Sequence record: SRR20825010_5515
Strand: one strand, 5' to 3'
Length of the DNA: 51,817 bases
Below, piece after piece: positions 39,191 through 50,159 of this stretch. The notes under the pieces were generated by a model. It was not told the origin of the DNA. It saw only the letters and a list, made by a program, of their open reading frames with translations, and did no database searches. How positions within the stretch are numbered: position 1 is the stretch's first letter; each line of letters opens with the position of its first letter. A program made the position numbers and the translations under genes.

Positions 39191-40855
39191 TTATACCCCA
39201 TATTTTTTCTTGCGAATGGTGTGTATTAGGAATCCAAAAATAAAGGTCAAACACAGGGGAAGGCCAATATTAATCAACTGCCATTTGGTTTTTTGGTCAT
39301 TGATTTTTTCTTCATCCAAGAAAGGGATAGTTACTTTTTTGTTGCGAATGTTTATAAGTCCGGTATCGTCCAAGAGGTAATTAAGGCAATTAATGAGAAA
39401 TTCTTTGTTGCCAAAAAAGTTGTTCGTCCATTTATCATAACCCAATTCCAAGGGTCGGCCGTTTCGGATCTGGTTTCTTATAAGATCACCGTCCGTAAGC
39501 ACTATCATTTTGTTTTCAGGGCCTTGATCCAAAATTTTGTCCAGCTTTAGCGGTTTAACCCGGTTCAGGAAAGTAGATTTGAAGGCGCCTTCGACCAATA
39601 CCCCCAATATCTTATTTCCATCATTATATAAGTCCTTATCCGGTGGTGTATTAATAATGTCCAACTGAATGGGTTTTGGTACTCCTTCGGTTTTGGATAA
39701 GGGCGAACTACTGAGTAAGATCTGCTTTTTGTAATCACTGGCCAGGGTATCCAAACTACCTGCGAACTGGAACCTTAGCGCTTCCAAATTGTTGTTTATA
39801 GGATGGTCGTTCTTGGAAAAGACCATTGGGTTGTAGTACCAGGGAACAGGGTTGTATTGGGAACTGTTTCCCTCACCGCTCGCCAGAACTATTTGGGTGA
39901 AATAAAGGTCGTTGACAAGATCCGTATTTAATCTAATCCCATATTTGAAGAAAAAATCGTTTAGGTTAAGATTTCGTGGCAGGGCCATGGCAGTACCTTC
40001 TTCGTTGAATAGGCTATCCAGTTCCATAGCTACCTGATCTATGAGCCAAAGCGATTTGCCTCCCCCGGTAATATATTGATCCAGAATAAATTTCTCTTCA
40101 TCGGAAAATGCCTCCGTAGGCTTTGCAATGAGGGCAAGATCAAAACCTTTTAGTTGTTCCAGGACCTTTTCTGGATTGGTTGCCACAGAATCCAAGGTTA
40201 TGGCTCCAATATTGTAATAATCCTTTATGGTGGTCAGATAATCTGCCATGTAAATATCACCCAACTCCCCATTGCCCTTAATGATGGCAATTTTTTTCTT
40301 TTCCTTGATGTTCAACTTTGTAAAGGCATCTGCAAAGGCATATTCCAAATGTTGAACGGAATTGTTTACACGCTCTTCAGTGGTGGCACCAAGTTTATTT
40401 TTTAACAGGGGTACCTTTACGGTGCTGTTGTTATAATTGACCATAGCCCATGGAAAGATAATCTCTTGGGAGACTTTTCCATTCTGTTCAACGGTAACGT
40501 TTGTGGGGGTAAGGCCCAAAGCCTGTAAATCTGTGATAACGCCATCAATTTGCGTGGCTCCTTCAAGCGGATTTACGAAATTGAACTTTATATTCTTATT
40601 TTCTGATGCAAATTCCTCTAATAGCTGCCTGGTTTCCAGCTTCAATTTTATAAATTCCGGTGGAAGATTTCCATCGAGAAGAATATCGATTATTACTGGG
40701 GCGTTAAAGTCCCCAACAGAATTTAATGCCGCCGTGGAAAGGGTATATCTATTGTCTTCGGTCAGATCTAATCTCGCGTAGAAAAAACTGGCCAGAATAT
40801 TTAGGATCAGCAATAAAACAACGGCCTTGATTATAGATAATAAACTTCTTTTCAT
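39191..40855 (-). CDS. gldG: Gliding motility ABC transporter auxiliary protein GldG
   Basis: RLDLTEDNRYTLS, LGYDKWT..GNKEFL; follows gldF. Confidence 0.93.
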   Translation of the reverse strand: MKRSLLSIIKAVVLLLILNILASFFYARLDLTEDNRYTLSTAALNSVGDFNAPVIIDILLDGNLPPEFIKLKLETRQLLEEFASENKNIKFNFVNPLEGATQIDGVITDLQALGLTPTNVTVEQNGKVSQEIIFPWAMVNYNNSTVKVPLLKNKLGATTEERVNNSVQHLEYAFADAFTKLNIKEKKKIAIIKGNGELGDIYMADYLTTIKDYYNIGAITLDSVATNPEKVLEQLKGFDLALIAKPTEAFSDEEKFILDQYITGGGKSLWLIDQVAMELDSLFNEEGTAMALPRNLNLNDFFFKYGIRLNTDLVNDLYFTQIVLASGEGNSSQYNPVPWYYNPMVFSKNDHPINNNLEALRFQFAGSLDTLASDYKKQILLSSSPLSKTEGVPKPIQLDIINTPPDKDLYNDGNKILGVLVEGAFKSTFLNRVKPLKLDKILDQGPENKMIVLTDGDLIRNQIRNGRPLELGYDKWTNNFFGNKEFLINCLNYLLDDTGLINIRNKKVTIPFLDEEKINDQKTKWQLINIGLPLCLTFIFGFLIHTIRKKKYGV

Positions 40856-41586
40856 TATCTATTCTGATTTTTTAGTTGATTAATGGTCAGGAAGAGAAAG
40901 AATAGGGTAAGGCTTGTGAAATAAATAATATCCCTAGTGTCCAAGACACCTCTGGCTATACTTTCAAAATGGGCCTTCATTCCTATTTGTTCCACAAAAA
41001 GTATCATGGGGCCAGTGGGCAATATCGTGGCCAGACTTTCAAATCCGAACAACATAATAAAGCATAGTACCATAGCAGTGATAAAGGCTACAATTTGGTT
41101 TTCGGACAGGGTAGAGGAAAATAATCCAATTGCGGTATAGCTTGCAATTAGAAATAAGAGCCCAAAATAAGAGCCCAGCACCATGCCCATATCCAAATTG
41201 CCTTTGGTTACACCCAATTGGGAAATGGTATATACATAAAGAAGTGTAGGCAATATAGCAATTAAGGCCAAGCAAAAGGTACCCAGAAACTTTCCTATAA
41301 CCGTTTCCCATAATGAGATGGGTTTTATAAAAAGAAGCTCCAAAGTGCCTAGTTTTTTTTCCTCCGAAAAACTTTTCATTGTAATGGCGGGAATCAGAAA
41401 AAGAAACACCCAAGGCGCAAGGAGAAAGAAATTGCCCAGATCGGCAAAGCCGTATTCAAAAATATTAAAAGGTCCCTTAAATACCCAAAGAAACAATCCG
41501 TTGAGCACTAAAAATAATCCTATGACCAGATAACCTATGGGTGAGGTAAAAAATGATTGTATTTCTCTTTTAAATATGGCAATCAT
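40855..41586 (-). CDS. gldF: Gliding motility ABC transporter permease GldF
   Basis: REIQSFFTSPIGY, PAITMKSFSEEKKLGTLELL, RGVLDTRD. Confidence 0.93.
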   Translation of the reverse strand: MIAIFKREIQSFFTSPIGYLVIGLFLVLNGLFLWVFKGPFNIFEYGFADLGNFFLLAPWVFLFLIPAITMKSFSEEKKLGTLELLFIKPISLWETVIGKFLGTFCLALIAILPTLLYVYTISQLGVTKGNLDMGMVLGSYFGLLFLIASYTAIGLFSSTLSENQIVAFITAMVLCFIMLFGFESLATILPTGPMILFVEQIGMKAHFESIARGVLDTRDIIYFTSLTLFFLFLTINQLKNQNR

Positions 41587-41591
41587 GTATG

Positions 41592-41888
41592 TTAGTTAAT
41601 CGTTTCCTTCTTTATTAGGCTCCAAGCTTCTGGTTTGTCTTCAAATAATTGTTTGGTCTTCCCCCAGACGCTCTTGAAAAATTCTGAATTTTTATAGTTT
41701 TTCAAATCGGTAGCGCTATTCCAATAACTGTATGTGAAAAATATATTATTATCTTCCTTGCTCTGCAACAGTTCTAAAAAGGTGCAGCCCTCCGCCTGTC
41801 GGATTTTCTTTTTATTGTTTTCAAAGATGGCCTCAAAACTAGCAATATTTTCCTTTTTGAAGGTTAATTTTACAATTCTTACCAACAT
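41592..41888 (-). CDS. ABM-family (putative quinol monooxygenase) protein
   Basis: MLVRIVKLTF..GC..LEL..FFTYSYW..Y..SEFF. Confidence 0.85.
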   Translation of the reverse strand: MLVRIVKLTFKKENIASFEAIFENNKKKIRQAEGCTFLELLQSKEDNNIFFTYSYWNSATDLKNYKNSEFFKSVWGKTKQLFEDKPEAWSLIKKETIN

Positions 41889-41901
41889 TTGTTCCTTGTA
41901 T

Positions 41902-42732
41902 TTAAGTAAAATTTATAATTACAGTATCCCTATAATCAAGACCCAATAGGGTAGAGGCCCCACCTACGGTATTAAGGTCGCTCTTATAAATTGCGATTTC
42001 TACATAGCCTGATGAGTTGAATAGAGCCAGTAATTCCCCCGGAGATTTACGCTGACTTTTGTCCAAACTGTAATTTATGATGTCACTGTATTTTTTGTGG
42101 ATCTCCTTTATTTTTTTATTACGGGCTTGTAGTTCAAAAGGTCTGCCCTTGCCTATGGTTTTGAAGGTACTTTGTTGAATGTTGGTTACCACATTGCCGT
42201 AGTTATCTATATAAATGACACTTCCGGATATCGTCTTGCCGTCATCGGAAATTCTTGGGTTGAACTCCCTTAGGTCCTTAAGATCTTTAAAGGGCTTGCC
42301 TATTACTTCCAATTTTCCACCTCTAGCAATATGGCTTGCCGCTTTTACAAAAACATCCATTTCAGGAAACGAACTATCAATGCTATTGGGCAATTGAATT
42401 TCTACCACTTTTTCCGGCACTATTTCGGAAATTATGAGCCCTATTACCCCATTGTTGGCCATTATAAAATAGTGGTTGTCCACCAATACGGCAATATGTT
42501 GGTTTTCTGGCGTCAATTCTGAGTCCACACCTACGATATGGATACTGCCATCAGGAAAATTTTTATATGAATTTTTGAGGATGTAGGCGCATTCCTGAAT
42601 ATTGAAAGGCGCAATGGAATGAGAAATATCAACAATTTTTGCATCTGACAATTCCTTGTAAATTGTCCCTTTTATGGCGCCTACAAAATGGTCTTTATGT
42701 CCAAAATCAGTAGTTAAAGTAATTATAGCCAT
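41902..42732 (-). CDS. SAM hydroxide adenosyltransferase/halogenase (DUF62) family protein
   Basis: ITLTTDFG..D, VDISH, YIDNYGNVVTN, NSSGYVEIA. Confidence 0.9.
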   Translation of the reverse strand: MAIITLTTDFGHKDHFVGAIKGTIYKELSDAKIVDISHSIAPFNIQECAYILKNSYKNFPDGSIHIVGVDSELTPENQHIAVLVDNHYFIMANNGVIGLIISEIVPEKVVEIQLPNSIDSSFPEMDVFVKAASHIARGGKLEVIGKPFKDLKDLREFNPRISDDGKTISGSVIYIDNYGNVVTNIQQSTFKTIGKGRPFELQARNKKIKEIHKKYSDIINYSLDKSQRKSPGELLALFNSSGYVEIAIYKSDLNTVGGASTLLGLDYRDTVIINFT

Positions 42733-42756
42733 ATAGGACTGTTGATATGTTTTTGG

Positions 42757-42821
42757 TTTGGTAAGTTGTTTTTTTACTTAAGTTTGTTAAACAAAATTAC
42801 ACAAAAAATCAGCGAACCAAA
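42757..42821. promoter_or_regulatory. Divergent sigma70 promoters (phoH on +, DUF62 operon on -)
   Basis: Plus strand TTTG(42757)-N18-TAAGTTTG(42779); minus strand TTTG(42818-42821)-N18-TAATTTTG(42792-42799). Confidence 0.55.
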
Positions 42822-42862
42822 ATATATATTTCATATCTAATCCTTTATAACACCTCTCTTCT

Positions 42863-43816
42863 TTGAACGAACTTATAATAGAACTTACAGACATTAGCCC
42901 AAGGGAATTTTTTGGACAGAATAATGAGAACATAGATTTACTTAAAAAGCATTTTCCGAAGCTTAAGATTGTTGCCCGAGGCAACAAAATTAAGGTTTAT
43001 GGAGACGAAGACCTATTGGACGAATTCGATAGAAGGTTCGATCTGCTTACCGCCCACTATGCCAAGTATAATAAGTTGGATGAAAATAGTATTGAGCGAC
43101 TCTTGGCCAGCAATGGACAGGAAATATTGGAGTCTTCAGAAATCAGTGGTGAAGTTTTGGTCCATGGCGTAAGTGGTAGACTTATCAAAGCACAAACGGT
43201 AAATCAGCGAAGATTGGTCGATGCCGCTAGGAACAATGATATGGTATTTGCCGTAGGACCGGCGGGAACCGGAAAAACTTATACGGGAGTGGCCTTGGCG
43301 GTAAAAGCTTTAAAGGAGAAACAGGTTAAACGTATTATATTGACCAGGCCCGCTGTGGAGGCCGGTGAGAATTTGGGCTTTTTGCCAGGAGATCTCAAGG
43401 AAAAGCTCGATCCCTATATGCAACCTTTATACGATGCCTTGCGGGATATGATTGCACCGGAAAAATTGGCCCATTATATTGAGAACGGTACCATTCAGAT
43501 AGCCCCTATGGCTTTTATGCGCGGTAGGACTTTGGACAATGCCTTTGTAATATTGGACGAGGCCCAGAACACTACCCATGCACAAATGAAAATGTTCCTA
43601 ACCAGAATGGGAAAAAATGCCAAATTTTTAATTAATGGGGACCCAGGTCAGATCGATTTGCCAAGACGCTTGATTTCGGGATTGAAAGAAGCCTTATTGG
43701 TGCTTCAGAACATTGAAGGGATAGAGGTTATTTATTTGGACGATAAGGATGTGATAAGGCATAAATTGGTTAAAAAGGTCATAGAGGCCTATAAGGGAAT
43801 TGAGCATAACAATTGA
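42863..43816 (+). CDS. phoH: PhoH-family ATPase (YbeZ-like)
   Basis: [37 protein letters not shown] start. Confidence 0.95.
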   Translation: MNELIIELTDISPREFFGQNNENIDLLKKHFPKLKIVARGNKIKVYGDEDLLDEFDRRFDLLTAHYAKYNKLDENSIERLLASNGQEILESSEISGEVLVHGVSGRLIKAQTVNQRRLVDAARNNDMVFAVGPAGTGKTYTGVALAVKALKEKQVKRIILTRPAVEAGENLGFLPGDLKEKLDPYMQPLYDALRDMIAPEKLAHYIENGTIQIAPMAFMRGRTLDNAFVILDEAQNTTHAQMKMFLTRMGKNAKFLINGDPGQIDLPRRLISGLKEALLVLQNIEGIEVIYLDDKDVIRHKLVKKVIEAYKGIEHNN

Positions 43817-43826
43817 TAGTTGCAGC

Positions 43827-44783
43827 ATGGGTAATACAATAATTGATACAAATTTTAACTTTCCGGGACAACAAAGCTTGTACAAAGGAAAGGTAAGGGA
43901 GGTATATCATCTAGAAAATAATATTTTGGTAATGGTGGCCACTGATAGGCTTTCCGCTTTTGACGTGGTTATGCCAAAGGGAATTCCTTATAAAGGTCAA
44001 ATACTAAATCAGATCGCTACCAAGATGATGGCGGATACGGCCGATATAGTCCCCAATTGGCTAATGGCCACTCCAGATCCCAATGTTGCCGTTGGGTTTG
44101 CCTGCGAGCCCTTTAAGGTGGAAATGGTGATTAGAGGCTATTTATCTGGGCATGCTGCTAGGGAATACAAGTTGGGTAAAAGAATGTTATGTGGAGTTCC
44201 AATGCCCCACGGGATGTCGGAAAACGATAAGTTCCCATCTCCCATTATAACCCCTGCTACCAAGGCCGAGATGGGAGACCATGATGAGGATATTTCCAGA
44301 GAAGCCATTTTGGAAAGGGGAATAGTGAGCGAGGAAGATTATCTGGTTCTTGAAAAGTACACCAAGGCACTCTTTCAAAGAGGAACGGAAATCGCCGCCA
44401 AGAGAGGATTGATCTTAGTGGATACCAAATACGAATTTGGGAAAACCAAGGATGGAAAAATTGTACTTATAGATGAAATCCATACCCCTGATTCTTCACG
44501 TTATTTTTATGCCGAAGGCTATGGGGAAAGACAAAATAGGGGAGAGGCCCAGAAGCAATTGTCCAAGGAATTCGTTCGCCAATGGTTGATAAGCAATAAC
44601 TTTCAAGGGTTAAAAGGACAGGTTGTACCGGAAATGACTGATGATTATATACAGACCGTCTCTGAAAGGTATATTGAACTATACGAAAATATTACCGGAG
44701 AAAAGTTTATCAAGGCCGATATCTCGGATATACAGTCTAGAATCGAGAAAAATGTTTTGGGGTACCTGTCATCGATAAATTAG
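43827..44783 (+). CDS. purC: SAICAR synthase
   Basis: [33 protein letters not shown]; likely start at the ATG at 43827. Confidence 0.96.
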   Translation: MGNTIIDTNFNFPGQQSLYKGKVREVYHLENNILVMVATDRLSAFDVVMPKGIPYKGQILNQIATKMMADTADIVPNWLMATPDPNVAVGFACEPFKVEMVIRGYLSGHAAREYKLGKRMLCGVPMPHGMSENDKFPSPIITPATKAEMGDHDEDISREAILERGIVSEEDYLVLEKYTKALFQRGTEIAAKRGLILVDTKYEFGKTKDGKIVLIDEIHTPDSSRYFYAEGYGERQNRGEAQKQLSKEFVRQWLISNNFQGLKGQVVPEMTDDYIQTVSERYIELYENITGEKFIKADISDIQSRIEKNVLGYLSSIN

Positions 44784-45449
44784 TTACCCCATTTTTAAAA
44801 GGTCTTTTAATCGTAGTTGTCCCTTGCCCTTCAATCGATTCCTTATTTTTAGGAATGCAATGGCAGTAATGTAGGCATCTCCCAAGGCGGTGTGCCTATC
44901 CTTTTTGGAGATATCAAACTTTTCCGCCAATTCGTCCAAGGAATAATGCTCTTTCTTTTTGAACACATTGGAGGTCAATAGCGTTTTTTTGTAAAGATGT
45001 GAAGTGTCCAATACTTTATTCTTTAACCTGGGAAGGCCGTTCCTTTCCAAGGCCCTGTTGATCATTGTAATGTCAAAAATGGCATGGTGGGCTACGATTA
45101 TGGCATTATTTAAGAATCCCAATAATTCTTCCATAGCTGCACTTTCACTTATGCAGGAGGCCCCACCATTTTTTAGGATACCATGAATTTTTGCAGTTTC
45201 CGCATTGTAATGCTCCTGCTTCAGAAAAATTTCCAAGCTTTGGTTGAGTGCAATATTTTTGTCGACCAAACTTAGGGCCCCAATACAGAGTATCCTGTCG
45301 TTTGAATAGTCGAATCCTGTAGTTTCCGTATCCAGGACCACGAATCTTACCAAGTTGAGGTCCTCAATTGGTTTTTTCTTAAAACTATTCTCATATTCCA
45401 ACCAATAATCGGGATAGTTGTTTACTTTTTTTTTAAAGAAATCTATCAT
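44784..45449 (-). CDS. DEDDh 3'-5' exonuclease (DnaQ-like)
   Basis: LDTETTG, AHHAIFD, RHTALGDA. Confidence 0.92.
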   Translation of the reverse strand: MIDFFKKKVNNYPDYWLEYENSFKKKPIEDLNLVRFVVLDTETTGFDYSNDRILCIGALSLVDKNIALNQSLEIFLKQEHYNAETAKIHGILKNGGASCISESAAMEELLGFLNNAIIVAHHAIFDITMINRALERNGLPRLKNKVLDTSHLYKKTLLTSNVFKKKEHYSLDELAEKFDISKKDRHTALGDAYITAIAFLKIRNRLKGKGQLRLKDLLKMG

Positions 45450-47368
45450 CGTAACAAGTTTGAAACCTTGAATCTAACACTTACCAATTCCTGAATTTCC
45501 TTTATGGTCTTAAAAGTTCTTTTCAGTTTAATTCTTTCTTCCTTGGTCAATTTGTCTATGGCAATATACCTCCCAGAATCATTGTGAAGCAGACCTTGTT
45601 TCGTCCTGAACTTTAAAAGTGCCCTTGTGGCATAGGAGCAGGCCATAAAGATTTCCTCGTTATTGGGTTCCAACTCTGCCAGTTTTTCAAATCGCTCTGC
45701 GGTACTGTTGATGGATTTGACCGAATGCGATAAAATCAGTACTCTTGCGGCATCGGTTAAAGGCATCAATGCCCGTCTTTTAAGATCGAAGGTATCTTTG
45801 TGCTCCCCATCTTCCTCAACCAACACTTGCCTAAAAAAGCCTGTTGGGGACGGGTTTTGTAGGGCCCCACTTGCCAAGTGCAAATAGAAAATGGGATATT
45901 TTTTTGTGGTTTCAAAAATGTGTTCCGATAATTCGTTTACCAAATTTACATCTCCATAGGTAATATTGTAATCGAAAAATATGGAGGAAAGCAATACCTC
46001 ATCGGTCCCTGGATTTATTATCCAATGGGAAATGGTTTTTTTCCATTCATCCAGGCTTAAGCACCAATTGGGATTGGAAGCCATCATTTCTGCAGGACAA
46101 TAATCGTAACCAATTTCAAACAATCCTTTGTTGATTAGTTTGGACAATTTCAAAAAATAGTCTGTTGTTTCTATGAGCTTTTCTTCAGGAACATTTTCGA
46201 AGACCATGGCGTTGTCCTGGTCGGTCTGAAGGAGTTGTTCGCTCCGTCCTTGGCTACCAAGAGCCAGCCATGCAAATTTTGCTGGAGGCTTTGTTGGCAT
46301 TTCCTCCAAGGATAGTTTAATAATTTGCTTAACGCAGGCATCGTTAAGTTCGGATATTATTTTGGTAGTCAATTTAATGGGGATATTTTGATCCAAGTAA
46401 TCCTGTAAAAGATGCGTTATACTCTTTCTTATTTGTTTTATCGATTTTATTTTCTTGGCCCTATTTATGGCCTTGATCAATACTGCCGGGTTATTTCCCA
46501 AAGCTACCATAACATCATGTTTGGATAGTATTCCAATAGCCTTGGAGTTGGGTGTGCCGTCCTTCGTGATGCATAAATGGCTAATATTACTTTTCATCAT
46601 GGCCATTTGTGCCTGGGTTATGGTGAGGTGTTTGTTATAGGTTATAACAGGAGAAACCATTATTTCCTTGGCCTTTGTGGTAATGGGATATTTTCCGGTT
46701 ACAATATTGTTCCGAAGATCTTTGTCCGTAATTATCCCAATTGGCATCTTATCCCTGACCACCAACATGGCCCCAACCTTTTTTTCGGTCATTCTTTTGG
46801 CTATTGTTTTGGCCGAGGTGGTTGCGGTACAGGTAACCAATTTTTTGGAATACTGTACAGATTGCAAATCCAATACGTGGGTATTGGGAGCCACGGGATT
46901 TATTTCGGGCACTTCATCATACAATTTACCACGATGACTTTTGGAATAGGGGTTTCTGGTATTGGAGGCAAAACTTTCTATTAAGAAATTTCCAACTGCA
47001 ATATTTTTTTGGGCGTATGGTTTAAAAATATTGATAGGTATGGCGTAAAGGATACTTTCTTCATGTGCTTTTGCAGTCATTTTGTAATTTTCTTGGGCCA
47101 TCAGGGGTCTAAGTCCAAATATATCACCCTCATCGCACATGTCCATGACACTTTTATCGGACCCTTTTTTAAGGGCAACAGCACCCTTGTTTACTACATA
47201 GAAGTAGGTATGGGGTTCGTCATTCTCGGCAAAAATAACGCTATCCTTTTCCTTGTAGACTATGGTAATTTCTTCGGCAAGGGTTTCAAGGTCAGACTGG
47301 CCCAGGACATTGAAAGGTGGGAAATTTTTCAAAAAATCGGCTACTCTATGCGAAATGGTATTTTTCAT
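45446..47368 (-). CDS. cNMP-binding/CBS/DUF294 nucleotidyltransferase-like protein
   Basis: cNMP domain, tandem CBS (GIITDKDLR), LGSQGRSEQLLQTDQDNA NTase motif. Confidence 0.92.
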   Translation of the reverse strand: MKNTISHRVADFLKNFPPFNVLGQSDLETLAEEITIVYKEKDSVIFAENDEPHTYFYVVNKGAVALKKGSDKSVMDMCDEGDIFGLRPLMAQENYKMTAKAHEESILYAIPINIFKPYAQKNIAVGNFLIESFASNTRNPYSKSHRGKLYDEVPEINPVAPNTHVLDLQSVQYSKKLVTCTATTSAKTIAKRMTEKKVGAMLVVRDKMPIGIITDKDLRNNIVTGKYPITTKAKEIMVSPVITYNKHLTITQAQMAMMKSNISHLCITKDGTPNSKAIGILSKHDVMVALGNNPAVLIKAINRAKKIKSIKQIRKSITHLLQDYLDQNIPIKLTTKIISELNDACVKQIIKLSLEEMPTKPPAKFAWLALGSQGRSEQLLQTDQDNAMVFENVPEEKLIETTDYFLKLSKLINKGLFEIGYDYCPAEMMASNPNWCLSLDEWKKTISHWIINPGTDEVLLSSIFFDYNITYGDVNLVNELSEHIFETTKKYPIFYLHLASGALQNPSPTGFFRQVLVEEDGEHKDTFDLKRRALMPLTDAARVLILSHSVKSINSTAERFEKLAELEPNNEEIFMACSYATRALLKFRTKQGLLHNDSGRYIAIDKLTKEERIKLKRTFKTIKEIQELVSVRFKVSNLLR

Positions 47369-47649
47369 CGAATATTATATGTTGATCCTTAGCTGTTACA
47401 AAATTTATTGTTCTTTTCCCATTTGAAGTTCGTTAAAAGTAATAAGAACACAATAGCTACTTATATTTTCCTCATAATAAATATGGGATAAAGTTAATTT
47501 TTATACGCCATCATCAAAAGAAAAGATGACACCATTTATTTTGTCTGTCCAGTTACCTTAATTGTCAATAACGATCACAATATATTGAATTGAGCTATTG
47601 CATTAAATGGTGTTGAATTAATTTAGGTATAACTTTAATTATTAATGCT

Positions 47650-47985
47650 ATGGAATCACCTTATTTGGATTGTATTGAAGCCTGTCGTAAATGTATGGCC
47701 GATTGTCAATATTGCCTACTTCAAATGTCGGGTAAGGATAGTAAAAATGACTGCCCACTTTGTTGTATCCTTTGTATTGAATCTTGTTCGGCGGCACTAC
47801 AATTTTTAATGGCAAATAGTCCATATGCCAAAGAGTATTGCAGCATCTGTGCTAAGGTATGTCAATGGTGCGCGGAACAATGCGCGCAGCATGACCATAA
47901 ACATTGTGAGGATTGCGCTAATTCTTGTGTAAAATGTATGGAGGAATGTCAAAAAGTAGTTATGACCTTATCCAGTGAAATTTAA
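47650..47985 (+). CDS. Cys-rich four-helix-bundle copper storage protein (Csp3/DUF326-like)
   Basis: 111 aa with 20 Cys in CxxxC/CxxC repeats, HDHKHC; no signal peptide. Confidence 0.88.
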   Translation: MESPYLDCIEACRKCMADCQYCLLQMSGKDSKNDCPLCCILCIESCSAALQFLMANSPYAKEYCSICAKVCQWCAEQCAQHDHKHCEDCANSCVKCMEECQKVVMTLSSEI

Positions 47986-48176
47986 ATTTCATCCATATTA
48001 AAACCACATTTGGGAATTTCAATTTTTCAATGGCTTGTGCTCCTGTTATAGGGGCATATTTAATATTATATGTAATTTGTAATGAGGTTTTGGGCATATG
48101 CTTAAAAGGGCAAGGAAGATTTTTTTTGTTTTTGGAGTGTAGATATTAAAGGAGGTCTTAATTTAATAGTTATGGG

Positions 48177-49994
48177 ATGACGTTCGAAATGGGATTGGTA
48201 TTTTTGGTATTGTTTATAACCATAATCTTATTTGCCCTGGAAGTTTTTCCGGTAGACAAGATTGCCTTTTTTATAATTGTTTCATTGACCTTACTTGGGC
48301 TGGTGAAACCGGAAGAGGCCATAAGCGGATTTTCCAATAGTGCTACTATAGCGGTTTTGGCATTGATGATCCTGGCCATAGCCATGGAGGAAAATGGGGT
48401 TATTACCTGGCTCACTTCCAGTTTGGGGAAAATAAGAGCCTTCCCGTTATTAATAATAGCTCCTGTTTTTATGATCGTAACCGCAAGTATTTCTGCATTT
48501 ATAAGTACTACAGCTGTCGTCATTGTCTTCATTAAGATTATTAATCAACTCTCTGATCGATTCAATATTTCCAAATCCAAATTATTATTACCCATTTCCT
48601 TTGCGGGCATATTGGGAGGGTCTTGCACCTTAATGGGTACCTCTACAAACCTTATTGTAAACTCCGTGGCACAAAACCTGGGAGCGCCGGCCCTGCGTTT
48701 TTTCGAATTTACTACCATAGGATTAATATTTTTGGCCGTGGCCATTGTCTATCTCACCCTAATGCTTAGATGGTTGCCTTGGAGCGGGAAAAGGGAATTG
48801 GGGACCGATTATAGTGTTTCGGATTATATTACCAGTGTCCGTATAAAGCCGGGGTCACAATTAGTCAACAAAAGGCTGGAGGAGACATTTTTATTCAATA
48901 ATCCAGAAATATCAATACTGAAATTGATAAGGGACAATAGGATTCATAATTCACCGGGAAAATATATTACCTTAAAGGAGAATGATCAGTTATTGTTAAT
49001 GTGCAACATTTTAAGCCTCTCCAAATTGAACGATTCCCAGAATTTGGGACTTAACGAACAAATTTTTTGGAAGGGGACGGACCACCATTCCACTGGTGAG
49101 GACAATGTAACCAAACTGGAGGAACGTGTGTTTGTTGAGCTTTTAATGCTTCCGGGAGCAGCGCTCTTGGGCAAGACCTTGGGGAATCTAAGGGGGTATA
49201 TGCAGCAGGATATTATACCCGTGGCCATTAAGAAGCGCAAGACCTTGACCAATATCAAGGAGCGATTGGTACGTAGCAGTTCGGATAAATTGGCGCTCAA
49301 AGCTGGTGATCGTCTACTGGTTGATGTAAGCAAGGAAAATATTAAGTCTTTGGAAGCCATTGAAAATATAGTACTATTACAGGAGTTTGATTCGCTTAAA
49401 ACCCATTCCAGATTCGGAAGAATTTTATCGCTGGCGGTTCTTGGTTTAGTGGTCGTTTTGGCAGCTACAGGGGTTCTTTCCATTATGGTAAGTGCCTTGG
49501 CAGGGGTTTCTATATTATTGCTTAGCAATAACCTAAATTTGGACAGTGTATACAAAAAGGTAAATTGGCAAATTTTCTTTTTGCTGGCAGGAATGATACC
49601 CTTGGGTATAGCAATGCACAACACTGGAGCGGATATGTGGATCTCGGAAAGATTATTGGGCTTATTGGTGGGCCAATCCAAAATGATAATTATTGGCAGT
49701 CTTTTTTTTGTCACCATGGTCATGAGCGGTGTGGTCAGCAATAATGCCACGGCCATTATTATGACCCCAATAGCAATGGCACTGGCAAGCGGACTAAATT
49801 TGGATTTTAAGCCATTTATACTAGCTGTAATGTTTGCCGCAAATTTCAGTTTTTTTACACCGGTAGGTTATCAAACCAATACCTTGATATACGGAATAGG
49901 CAACTACAAGTTCAAACATTTTTTTATTATAGGGGGAATTTTAAGCCTGGTCCTTTGGCTTTTGGCCACCTTTCTTTTAGTGAGGATGGCTTAG
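48177..49994 (+). CDS. SLC13/CitMHS permease with TrkA-C (RCK_C) domains
   Basis: LGGSCTLMGTSTNL, SNNAT, TPVGYQTN; central RCK_C region. Confidence 0.9.
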   Translation: MTFEMGLVFLVLFITIILFALEVFPVDKIAFFIIVSLTLLGLVKPEEAISGFSNSATIAVLALMILAIAMEENGVITWLTSSLGKIRAFPLLIIAPVFMIVTASISAFISTTAVVIVFIKIINQLSDRFNISKSKLLLPISFAGILGGSCTLMGTSTNLIVNSVAQNLGAPALRFFEFTTIGLIFLAVAIVYLTLMLRWLPWSGKRELGTDYSVSDYITSVRIKPGSQLVNKRLEETFLFNNPEISILKLIRDNRIHNSPGKYITLKENDQLLLMCNILSLSKLNDSQNLGLNEQIFWKGTDHHSTGEDNVTKLEERVFVELLMLPGAALLGKTLGNLRGYMQQDIIPVAIKKRKTLTNIKERLVRSSSDKLALKAGDRLLVDVSKENIKSLEAIENIVLLQEFDSLKTHSRFGRILSLAVLGLVVVLAATGVLSIMVSALAGVSILLLSNNLNLDSVYKKVNWQIFFLLAGMIPLGIAMHNTGADMWISERLLGLLVGQSKMIIIGSLFFVTMVMSGVVSNNATAIIMTPIAMALASGLNLDFKPFILAVMFAANFSFFTPVGYQTNTLIYGIGNYKFKHFFIIGGILSLVLWLLATFLLVRMA

Positions 49995-50159
49995 CTATTA
50001 TTACTGTCAATTGAGTTTTCTATTGTTTGATTTGCACTTTGAGCGATCATTGTATATGGGATATTTACATCTTACTTGAAAATTCGGCAGTATCTTCGTA
50101 GATTAGGTCACTATCAGGAGGACATTTTTTACCGAATTCCTATATTTATTTAATATCGC

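Noticed and set aside
22564-42732. VHPO plus the DUF62 chlorinase-like gene as one halogenation cluster
   Set aside because: They are 18 kb apart, separated by mnmE and dnaN; DUF62 sits in a core operon and lacks halogenase signatures.
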